From Haliotis rubra (Eukaryota), in NCBI RefSeq assembly GCF_003918875.1, contig NW_025765136.1:124001-188000 (forward strand): a stretch of DNA of 64,000 bases, read 5' to 3'. The notes under the pieces are model-generated. The model did not search any database. It saw nothing but the letters and a program-made list of their open reading frames with translations, and was not told where the DNA came from. The position numbers and the translations under genes are program-made. Below, piece after piece: positions 1 to 11,360 of the stretch; within the stretch, counting starts at the first letter, position 1; every line of letters begins with the position of its first letter.

Positions 1-251
1 TGCCGTGTGTTTTAAAAACTTTAATCATACATTTAAACTTATTTGTATAATCATCACATGTCCGTCGAGCCTCGGATCAAAATATTATCAAGCTACGATT
101 TATTCATATCACCAAAGAGAAATATTTATATGTAATAATAATTTTGTAGTGTGTCTAATATCCATCTCAAAGATGCTAAGTTGCACAAAGGACATGTTTA
201 ACCCTGTTACCCAAGCTGCCTGTGAGGAAATGGACTGTTAACAGCCAAAGA

Positions 252-1469
252 TACTCTCCCAAAAAAAACCGCATAGGTGTATGCAGCGCAGGATAGGTAC
301 ATCCGGGTACTTCATTTGCGGAATCGAGCTGCTACTGCAAGTGCAAGTGCAGTGCCTGGTTTGAAGAGAATCTCGACGCAAACCATTCGTAATCGTTTAC
401 GAGAAGCTGGACTTAGAGCCAGAAGATCCTATTTTTTTGGCCCTGTGCTGCGACGATTACATCGACGTCGACAGGTCCAGTGGTGCAATAATGTTCTGAT
501 TCTGGAATCTACAAAACTGGCGACGTGTATGATTCAGTGACGAATCACGCTTTCCGCTTCAATGCCGTGACGGAAGAATACTTGTCTATCAACGTCGAAA
601 TGAACGTTTTGCCCAGAATTTTGTCGCCCTCGTTGACCGGACCGATATGGTGGTGAGAGTGTCATGATGTGGGGCAGCATATCTTAGACGCATAAATTTA
701 GCTTTGTGCGCTTTTATTTCAATTTAACTGCTATTCGGTAGAGAGACGAACTAAGATTCACATGGTTCCGATCATTGACCGCCAGTGGGAGGTGTTCCAG
801 CATGATAATGCCAGGCCCCACACAGCACATGCCACTGTTCACTATCTTCAAAATGACAGCACTACGGAGCTTTCAAGGCCTTCCAAATCGAACGACCTCA
901 ACCGCATCGATCATGCGTTGCATTTCCTCGGCCGACGTGTACGTGAACGTCAAACGGCACCCCAGACGTTAGATCAACTGAACTGTCGCAGGCATTGCAA
1001 GAGAAATGGGCCAGAATTCCACAAGGTCGAATTCAAAGACTTATTCAGCCCATGCCGAAACGGTGCAAAGGCATGTCTGGGGGCTCTGCAATCAGACAGA
1101 GTGGGCAGACATCGCGTAAGCAGACGATAAAAAAGTAAACGTAGGGCAGTAAACAGGGCGAAGGGGCGTAACTGCTTCTACCGGTGTTACACTGAATTTG
1201 CACCCAGTGAAATATTACCATACTGAGTTTCATGACGATTTATTGTCAAATACAGAGACACATTTAAATCCTACCTGGCGGTATGCACACTTTTCAGCGC
1301 AGACAGTGTTGCGAACTCACCTTTGGCCACTGACTGCATGTGCACATACATTTGAACTTTTATACTGTGATATTTGGCTTATCAATCCAGAATTACATGG
1401 GTTTACAAGTTAAAATTAGCAGATTAAGTTCGTGAAATCACAGCTATGCGTTTCCTTTTATGGAGAGTA
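252..1469 (+). mobile_element. Tc1-family DNA transposon, internally deleted and decayed
   Basis: TIRs tactctcc..aaa..gcatag / ctatgcgtttcctttt..gagagta. Transposase fragments QTIRNRLREAGLRARR, FQHDNARPHTA and S.DLN.IDH. Confidence 0.85.
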
Positions 1470-1785
1470 TGTAGCCATTATATGCAACAAGGCGCCCATT
1501 CACCTGGCACAAACTCACTTGCCTCAGTTGAGGTCATCATTGTGGGGCAGGACTGAAGTTCTAGAAACCCTCAGGTGTCAAGCTGCCTTACACAGTCACC
1601 CAGGATCAACGCTGAATCAACGTTGCTTAACTTCAACTAATTTGTGACCCGGGCTGCACAAAGTCACACACCACAACATTTAGCACTCCTGCCAAATTCT
1701 CTTATGAAATGAGAACTTTCACGTATAAAAGTAAGTTTCCTGCTATAATAATTCTGACTTTATTCGGCACATCTAATAGTTTACT

Positions 1786-1960
1786 GGGGCGGTGGGGTAG
1801 CCTAGTGGTTAAAGCGTTCGCTCGTCATGCTGAAGACCCGGGTTCGATTCCCCACATGGGTACAGTTTGTGAAGCCCATTTCTGTGTGCCCCCGCCGTGA
1901 TATTGCTGGAATATTGCTAAAAGCGGCGTAAAACCACACTCAAGTCAGTCAGTCAGTCTG
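1786..1960 (+). mobile_element. tRNA-derived SINE family 1 (other copies: 5163-5340, 35441-35612, 38984-39157, 55942-56100 and 59582-59706 on +; 29720-29850, 48090-48233 and 60212-60380 on -; tail only at 22560-22622)
   Basis: A box (tagcctagtggtt) and B box (ggttcgattcc), followed by a shared body and tail gatattgctggaatattgctaaaagcggcgtaaaac ending in (actc/agtc)n. Confidence 0.88.
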
Positions 1961-1992
1961 TCTAATAATTTACTGATATGTTACATTTTCAG

Positions 1993-4770
1993 ATGTGAGG
2001 GCAGAGTTCTGTGCCGGTAACATGGCGTATTGCGAGAGTGGTTGTTGTGGAAGCACTTGTTGTGCAGACAACATGTAAGTATTATACTATAGAACAGCAG
2101 TGCATCGACGACGCATAGAGCCTATCAAACGTGCAAGGAAGGCTTGTGGGATGTCACGCCAGATTCTCTCAAGTTCTGTTGCAAGGTCAAGGACGTTATC
2201 TGGCGGATGAGGAAGACGGCGTAGACGTCGATCCATCTCGTCCCAAACATGCTCTATCGGGGGAGATCCAGTGAATTTGCAGGCCAAGGCAGTGAAGTGA
2301 ACATTGTGGTGTTGCAAGAAACTATAGCAACCCTTGCCGTATGAGGGCGGACATTGTCCTGTTGGAATGTTAACCCAGGGCCATGACGTTGCAGAAAAGG
2401 AATTGCCACAGGTCGAAGAATCTGATCCCTGTAGCCCACACACCAGTTAAGTTATTCTTGAACAATCACCAAAGGAGTTCTTGGCGTGCTGTTATTCCAC
2501 CCCAAATCATCACGGAATCACTTCACCAAAGCGATTCCTCCAAGACACAGGCCTGTGCATAACGTTCTCCCACGCGTCTTAGGCACGTTGACGTCCATCA
2601 CTATGGGAAATGTTAAACCTGACTCATCTGTAAAACAACATTTCTCCACCAAACAAGGGTCTGCGGACATGATTTCGGCACCACATTCGGCGAGCTTGTC
2701 GATGACGTTGTGTCAGGATAGGCGTACATGGCGGGACGTCGTGGTCTGATCCCGTGATGACGTAAACGTTGTCGAACTGTGTTGGGGTGGATACGAGCGA
2801 AGTCCTGGGATGGTTCGGGCAGTCATCACTGCAGTCTGAAACCTGTGGCGAAGATTGGTCACCCTTTATCCATCTGTCCTGTCTTGGTGCTGTTACACGT
2901 GGACGTCCAGAACGCGAGCCGATCGATGACGTCATTTGTGTTCTTGTAGCGTCTCACCAGTGCAGAAATGGTGTTCCGGTGGCAGTGGAAATGTGCAGCC
3001 ACTTGTCGTTGAGGACGCTTCCACGGACCATCCCAATGGCCTCATGGCGTTGTGCAGATCGTGAGCCCTTGGCAGCTATGCGTTTCAATAGCCGTTTAAG
3101 CTTTTTGAACGATCGCAAGGGCAGGGTTGAGCTTTCCAAAGTGACAGTATTGTGTGGCATCTCATTAGCTGTTTCTTTTTCCGGAATGCACGTGCAACAA
3201 CGTATTGCACGTCTCAAGCTGACGAACCCACTGGACGTCACGGAACGTGGCACGTGCATGCATGTTGGATATATGTCACTAATCTCTGAGTTTAAATCCT
3301 TATGTGTCTACACAGGTTTGATAAATCTAGATTTTAAATTTTTGTATGCACAGTTTCTTTATGTGCCTAGTATATATGATAAATGCACGTTCTAACCATT
3401 CGTACTATTTTGTACCGGGCGACTTGAGTTTGTTGTTTTGGATATCTAACCGTTGGTCGGATATAGGCCTCGATGTTACATATGACTATTAAAAGGCGTT
3501 ATTGATATTTCCAAACAAGGCATAATACGACAGCGATGCATAGCACGTATACAATGAAAATCTAGTAGCTCTCTTGTATCTTTGTAGACGACTGACCGAA
3601 GCTGATCCGTCACCCCTGATGTATCACTGAATGACTAAAACAATTATTTCAGGACATGACATGTAGTGGCTAGCGGAACACACCAGTGTAAACCTTTTAC
3701 CGTAAAGATGAAGTTTTACTGCTAACTGTCTCTATACAACCCGTACCAAGTGATAGTAACACGCAACGTATACCGCATAGTAGGTGGGTATTGCAGAGAA
3801 TTTTCTATATTGCGATATATTGCGATGCAAAAGCATGTACAGCGATATGTATTTGCGTACGATATTACGGTAAAGTAAAAACTACTTACAATCGAGGTAA
3901 AGCTTGATTTATAGAGCAAAATACACAGCAAAATCACAATGCTTGATTAAGCTTTTAATAACAACTTTTGTTCATGATTAAAAAATAAAATGTGAATAAT
4001 ATTTGGCAATAAAATGAAAAAGGAAACATCCGAAGATTTCCGTGTGTTACGAAGTTTTCCGAATTCAAGCCGTAAATACCGGTTTTCGATCAGCGTATTG
4101 CAATACGCATCGTTTCTCTATGTCTGAACCTGGTAAATACCGGTAAACCGGTTATATTGCGCAGATCTACCACATAGGTTGTTAGTTTTCACACGACCAA
4201 ACTTCCAGGAGTTAGTGCTGGATTTGGCTTTATCGGCTTGCCACTTATCGTCACACTTCATCAATATTCCACCTCTATGGCGGCGGTCTGTACACATAAC
4301 GAGTCTGACCAGACAATCCAGTGATCACCATCATGAGCATCGGTCTCTAATCAATTCGATACGGTATATGTGTCAACCAAGTCAAAGCGATCCCGTCAAA
4401 CTTATCCCGTTAGTCGCCTCTCTTACGACAAGCATGGCTGCTGAAAACAGTTCTAACGCGGAGACCTTCATGATTTAACGCGCGATATAACGCAATGCAT
4501 AATTACACTCCTTCACTGATGATCAGTTTATCTTTTCTTATCATCCTATTTGTCAATTCTGCATTGTTCTGGTATACACGAAATCAGATGCGATAAATAA
4601 TACTATTGACTCCAATACCTACAGAAACATTCCAGTCATCGTCGGATCGCACCGTGGGTAGCTTAGCCTTCATCGTCATCGCTCATCATTTCCATCTGCG
4701 TCTATTTGAAGAAATCAAATAAATCAGCCCGCACCATCGGCGATGATCCAAACATGATGGCGAACTGCAG
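1993..4770 (+). pseudogene. Second copy (paralog or allele) of the CYYR1-like gene, exons 2 and 3 only; exon 3 has three 1-nt insertions
   Basis: Exon 1993-2074 (DVRAEFCAGNMAYCESGCCGSTCCADN) has intact splice sites. Exon 4625-4770 is 146 nt versus 143 nt in the 38467 copy. Exon 1 lies upstream of the window and exon 4 would fall at or after the gap. The frameshifts may be sequencing errors. Confidence 0.6.
2090..3372 (-). mobile_element. Tc1 transposon (copy of 35741-37254) lacking its 3' ~235 bp including one TIR
   Basis: FQQDNVRPHTAR and PIEHVWDEMDRRL fragments. The TIR is present at ~3346-3372; the other end is deleted just after the exon-2 donor. Confidence 0.88.
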
Positions 4771-5501
4771 GTTTGTAAGCTTTCCTCCAATACATTAGGA
4801 CGTGTTATTGTGGTAAATACTTTCAAAACGGGATTGGATGAAGTTTGGTTGGAAACACTGTATTGCTGAGGAGAACTGCGTATGTGCATAACGTGTCAAA
4901 GGATAAAAGCATGATATATGTGTAGGAATAGATGATATGCCACCTATTATGTCCTTTGTAACATACGCAGTAATTGTATTTTGGCATTGTACAGATTCTG
5001 TTCTTTGATTGGGCTGTGTCCCACCTGGAGATTCCAACCCACACAATCAGAGTCAGGCAATCTAATCCCCAGCACACAAAAAATGTCCATTCATCAACTT
5101 AGCCACGGCAGATTCCAATAAAATAAAGGAAGTCGGACATGTGGCAGCGTAAGAACGACCGGACGGGGTGGTGGGTAGCGCTTGTTACGACGGACGCGGT
5201 GGTGGTGCAGCCTGCTCTGGTCACGCCGATGACCCGGGTTCGATTCCCCATGGGCAACAACGTGAAGCCCATTTCGGTGTCCCCCGCCGTGATGTTGCTG
5301 GAAATTGCTAAAAGCGGCGTGAAAAACCACACTCTATCTCACCCTAAAGGCGTTTGTTCCGTGAATAAGTAAGGATTTTACGTCACTTTTTGCAGCATTC
5401 CAAGAATATCGCCAGAAAGGGACAACGGTACTTATCTTTAAGCATTATACCTATGCGAAACCGGAAACCCAAACAGATTCGGTGTGACGAACTAATGAAG
5501 T

Positions 5502-5601
5502 NNNNNNNNNNNNNNNNNNNNNNNNNNNNNNNNNNNNNNNNNNNNNNNNNNNNNNNNNNNNNNNNNNNNNNNNNNNNNNNNNNNNNNNNNNNNNNNNNNN
5601 N
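5502..5601. other. Assembly gap (100 N)
   Basis: Run of N. Confidence 1.
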
Positions 5602-7156
5602 TTGGTATGCGCCGTTCAGTTACGTATTATCAAAGTTGGGTGGATTTGAATAACATCTTGAACTTATAGTGCCGTTCGATGATGTTAGGAGTTAAGCAAT
5701 TTTGTTTGCATTACTTTCCGTTGCTGGTGGAGCTGTGGGATTCAGTAATTTTACCTGGTGGGTTTGGTGGTGTGCCAAAGCTTTTGGTCGAATTCCCTAG
5801 AACTGTATAATAGATGCCTCGGGGATGTTTGCTGAGATGTCTAGATGGATGGAGGATGTTGGTTGCGCTCATCAGTCTGCCAAAAATCGACGTTTCAAGA
5901 CCTGCCTCCAAAACCTCGTCTACATTGAACTTCATGGGTTTCCATAATCTTCAATCAGTACATGGGAATATCCAAGACTTTAATCAGTTATTTTGTTGCA
6001 TTGTATCAAGAATCCTAATGTCGACTCCAATTAGCACTGACTGTTGTAGACATATGGAGTTAGAACTATAGACATTTTCTGTTTTATTTTGCTGGTTAAA
6101 AAGGACCCCGGCAGCTATCTCAGTAATTTCAAAGACAAGTATTGCAGTGTGTGACATTTTGTTCCTCAAGTACTCTGGCTCCTGTTTTCCGGATTTTATT
6201 TGAATTGAGTCCAGTAGTATGCTAACATCCGAAGCCCAGTTTCAGTTTCTGCTTTTCAGTGACCTGTCCTGTACCTAACTGTATCCTTTCTGCATTAACA
6301 GGTTTCAGCTGTTGTTCCCCATGGAATGAATGTTTTGCAGGAAATATCCTGTACATTTTCAAGATTATGTTTAGATGATGTTCACTCTGCTACATTCTCT
6401 GGCATGGCGTAGAGTTGAGTTGGTGCCAAGGTAGTGTTGCCAGATGAAGGAATGGACTAACAAAATAGTCTCTTAAGATATCAAAGTTGACTGAAAAATA
6501 TACTCCATTTACACCGAAATGGAAAACCCACTCAAATGTGAGATTCGTAGCCCTAGGCTGCTTGCATTAATAGTGTCTATATTTATCCTTTGCATGGATA
6601 CGTTATGAATTGGTGTATGTTTGCAACAATCAAAACCACTTTAGCACAAATATTTCTTCAATTGAAATTTTCACCAGCAAGAGCCTTAAGGAGTCGAATT
6701 AGTCAGTTCATAAATCACAATGTAGGAGAACAAAGGTAACAGTGTGTGTTCATTTATCAGTAATATCTATGTAATAGGACAATAATGAATTGGACAGGAT
6801 CCACATATAAGATCTACCTCCGACACATAAACAATCTGATACCAAGAGGCAAGGAAGTCATAGCGAGCTGTGTGTTGTGCTACTCACACCTCTCATCACA
6901 GAAATTCCATCACCCTTCTGGCTGCTTTGTGATTCACAATGCTTACGTTGGGCTGCTGGGAAGCCCGAGATTTCGTGAAACACACACGGGAAATGCAGGC
7001 CCAGCTGGCATAAATCTACTGGAGGTGTTGTGGTTGCCCTGAGCCTTTTCTATACAAATGAGTGGAATAAGATCAAACTTTTACATCCCATCAGCAATGG
7101 CCACAGCTGTTCTGTCTTCTTCTCCCTGGAAGAAACATGTTGGAGAAGATCGTATG

Positions 7157-7225
7157 AACAGACAGACAGACGGACAGACGGACGGACAGACAGACAGACG
7201 GACAGACGGACGGACGGATGGATGT
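7157..7225 (+). repeat. (GACA/GACG)n microsatellite
   Basis: acagacagacagacggacagacggacgg... Confidence 0.9.
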
Positions 7226-10200
7226 ATGTTGTTTAAGGCTAGTAATAAAACCTACAATGCTTGCTTATAGAGGACAATACAATGCAAAACAGGCTATAGA
7301 TCGCCAACAACTGAAGTTAAGATACCATAGTATTAGGGACCATGGGACTTTTCTATACAAATGACACAAGTTCAGAAACTGCTTTAGAGTGGTCGTAATT
7401 CGTCATTAAGGCTATGTGTATGGAATATTGATTTTAATACTCTCTGGAATAGATTACAGGTTATCAGGTCAGAGGGCTGGTTGAAGTATTGTAAAATTAT
7501 TGTCCTCCTGAGGAGGGACCATTACCAGTCCGTTTGAGTCAGAAACGGACCGATGGAGTCTAGAGCATGGCTCGTGCCATGAATATAAATGATACATGTT
7601 TTGCATCGTTTGCTATTGCTTGGAAACCGGTTCTTATGTTGAAATTTTCCGGACTCCACCGAAGATTCTTTAGAGCTATCGTCGTGAAAACGCAAAGTTT
7701 GTTATCTGTCGGCGGGGGTGGAGGCCGTGAGCGGACATTGCTGTCTCGTCGTTGCTTTTGGGTTGTCACATGCCTGATGAAAATGAAGTTGAATGCTGAC
7801 GTGGAAACGGTTGATGATTAAGGTGCGCGATTTTTCCGTGCTGGAAGCCGAAGAGACAGGCCGTTCCATGGATAAAGTTCTGTGGCGAATGAGAGCTTGG
7901 GGTGTCGGCAGGTGCTGACCGATGTTCTGGAACACAAACGCGGTGTGAGGGTGCGAGCGGGTAGAGGTCGTGTCAAGAATCACTGGAGATTAGAAACGTT
8001 TGGACTGCGAGGACGGGCGGTCTGTCAATACGTTTCTGAAGCGTACATGTCGGCTGAAAGTTTGAAAAGCGTTTTGAGGCGGGCTTTAACCTCGAATTAT
8101 CCAGGTGCACTCTGGCGACTCTTGCATGGCGGGTGTCGTTGTAAAGGAAGATTTCGGGGAGAATAAGTCCAATTACCCTGTGAACGCCCTGATATCGTTC
8201 GGCGAGAAATAATTTTTCTGGGAGTTATAAAGAAGAAGCGCGAGAAGGGTTGAGCAAGTAATAGCTAATGGACGAGACCTGGAGTCCATCACCTCACCTA
8301 CCAGCAATCCAGTGGAGTACCCGATAAGTGATAAGGGACACATTAAGCTGCCTCCTAGGAAAGGAGAGACCAATCCATTCTCCATGCTGGATTTGCTCCA
8401 GCAAAGGGCACCTCTCAGAGCTGCGACTTAGGCTTATTCAGGGCAAAATCCTAGATAACAAGACTACCATTCCAGAGATAGATAGTGCAGTTTTCCTCGA
8501 TTAGATTTAAAAACAAGTTAATTACCATGATTTGGAATTTAGAGCTCCCAGAGTCAGTCCAGTTCCTCGTTGACTTTGTCAGCGGTCGCAGGGTTATTAT
8601 CGTCAATGTCTATGTTCTAGTCTACATTCATCCATAGCCCCTCAGATAATTACCTGCGGCGATGTTTAGTCCGCACGAAAGCTTATGGAGTCGGGACAGT
8701 AGACATTGTTTTAGAATAACAATCTCTAGATTGGAATACTGGCTAGGAAGGAGAGTAACTCTTCCAACCTTATCTTAATAAAAAATAAAGGCGCCCATAA
8801 ATTCCTTAATATATATTCGTCGTCGGACATGCCTCTGACCGGCGGACATTGCTTGAGTGGTGGGTTTCTTGTATTTTGCAACGAGGCGTCGACAATCATA
8901 TCTATCTCCCGTGTTGGTATACTAGTCCATCATCAAAGTAATTCCCAAATTGTGCCCCGGTCCGTAGTACATCAAACCTCTTTCACCATGATTGAAAATG
9001 CGAAGCCTCCAGGTCTTGTTTTATAGAGTTCGCCAACAATCAGAGGTTTGAAGTTACCGATATCTATACTTTACCTACATCCATCACCAGCTTCTCAGAC
9101 AACGACTTTCAGGAGTTCAACTTTCACGAACTGTAGACTATTCGTTATATATACCTAGTTACACCAATATTTAATAAACGCCCATCCTTGCACGCTCTAT
9201 CCTGAGGAGGCGCCTACGTTCATTTTAGTCCTTATTCTTCTCGTAGATAAGCTGGTGCCTAGTACGTTTGCCCGTAGTCTCTACATACAATTACAGATAT
9301 CGCTGGCCGGTCATGTGTCTTGCTGAGTATCCTCCATTGCTGAATTCGGTTGTGGGAACACATTAATCACTTCAGATGCATGGGTGGGTGTTTCCACATC
9401 CCTGCGTGGGATAGCCAAAGTTGTTAGAAAATTGCAGGGAGTCATTGATGAGTAAGATTAATGAAATAGATTATCAAAGATTCTATTTACACAGAAGAAA
9501 TAGACTTTTATGAAGTTTGAAGAGGTCGTTTTGGTTTTGAGCATATTTTGTTATTGTTTGTGAAGGTAGTTAGGATTGGTTGACGGCAATTACTGTATGT
9601 TAACACAGCTCCCCACATCAACATAAAATACAAAATGAAATGGAGGATGCTTGATAATTGTTGACTATTGCGCGATATGGCTTTTGGTATCAAATGCAAC
9701 TATTCTCTAAGAAATTGGTTATAATTAGAGTTACAGTTGTGTGTGGCGGTGCAAATCAATCTGTATGAGAAGGTTATTTGAGTTCATTTAAATTTTCCTG
9801 AAAGGTGCGGTAATGTGCGATGATGATATGATCATTGGACGGATTCGGCTGTTTTCTGGTTTTGCCACAAAGAATTAGATTCTTTTTGTTTCGCGTTCGA
9901 AGGCGTCAGGTTATAACGGGTAGTGCCGGGTAAAATTTGTATAAGGGCAGTTCGGCTGTAAACGTATTTCTCGGAATGTTCTTGAAGCTAGATCTTGTGG
10001 TTCCGGGAGACGGATGTAGATCTGGTGAACGGAACAAACGGACTGGTCGCGAGTTACCTGCGCAGAGTGTATGTTAATCAATTTATCTTATAAAGTTTCA
10101 TTCGGAGCTTCCACAAGATTCAGTTGCTTGTAGATCCAGTGGTGGTAGGGTTGATCGTTCCTCGGACGGAGGTGTTCTTTGTTAATTACCTACTCCACTG

Positions 10201-10879
10201 TTTCACGCTAGGAGTCTCTGATTGGAATTCTCACAAATGGGAGCGGGTCATCTTTACTCATCACATAGTTATATACGTTAGAGCGACATCACTCTTCATA
10301 TAGACATATCACCATAGTGTAAATTACCACATTTGTTTATCAATTTGACAGTCATGCAGAAAAATGTCGACTTATCTACTGAATAGTCGTTTCCGCTTTA
10401 ACAGGAATTATCTGAACCTGCAGGGCAGCCTATGTTTGTTAATAAGACGCGACTGCATGGATCAGGGTCCACAGGCTTGAGTCTATTTCACAGTATATCA
10501 TTGAATACCAGTAGCGTTCATCGCTGCTCATAGTTTTAAATACTGAATTGTCTTGTGCAGACGTTATGTACAGAAGCCGCCCTGATATCTGAATATTGCT
10601 GAGTGCGGCGGAAAAATGGATTTTTGCTCATAAAGGACGACTTAATATCTTTCGCTAAGAAACACAAAAAGCCGTTGGAAGCATTTTGCATGTATTCTGA
10701 ACATATTTTAATGAATCTTGGTCAAGTCCGTGAATGGGATGAAAGCATCTCGACGAACAATTCAGGCATTTGTTTCCGTATTCATCTGGACGGTTCGAAC
10801 TGCTGGATCTGACTCGTGACCAGGGCTTATCAGATTGAATTGAACCAGAGCATGGGCTTTGCGTACGCCTGATTGACCG

Positions 10880-11360
10880 TGTGATAAATGTCGGTGGCAC
10901 TATCGCAAACGCGATATTCGGCATCTGACGGATAGCAAGCTGTCGTGCATCGGTGACAATTATCGCATGATGCATGGCGTCAAACTTCGTCGTATAACTT
11001 TATCAGTGCAACATCAACATCAACTTGCACTATCGTGGAAAAGCGAACATGATAACGACCGTTACTGACATTACGTCATCGTTTGCATCGGTAGGCTTGC
11101 TGGCGAAGACTGATATTCAGCATATGAACGACGTATGAATCATATCGTGCATCAGTGACAAAACTTGCACTATCACGGAAAAACATGATATTCAACATTT
11201 GAACGACGTATAAGCTTCAACGTTGTGCATCAGTGACCAGCTTGCACTATCATGGAAAACCATGATATTCAGCAGGCATGACCGACGTATAGCGCTTCAA
11301 CGTGTGCATCAGTGGACAAAGAGCTTGCACTATCACAGAAAAGATGACATTCAGCTTCAC
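10880..11360 (+). repeat. Degenerate ~78-bp tandem repeat
   Basis: Recurrent gtgcatcagtgac..cttgcactatca.ggaaaa.catgatattcagca...acgacgtat units; clearest at 11146-11360. Confidence 0.7.

Larger units (their letters stand above)
1..5501 (+). repeat. Copy A of a ~5.5-kb direct duplication (matches ~33662-39309)
   Basis: Same order of Tc1, SINE, exon 2, Tc1, SINE, exon 3 and SINE, with near-identical sequence and scattered indels. It ends at an N gap, so it may be an uncollapsed haplotype. Confidence 0.9.

Noticed and set aside
1786-1860. tRNA-like sequences with A and B boxes (also ~32970-33040, 35441, 55942, 60310)
   Set aside because: Each continues into a shared SINE body and simple-repeat tail, and there are many diverged copies. 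They are SINE heads, not tRNA genes.
2769-3395. 208-aa + strand ORF
   Set aside because: Antisense to the 5' part of a Tc1 element and not preserved in the paralogous copy at 36.7-37.3 kb.
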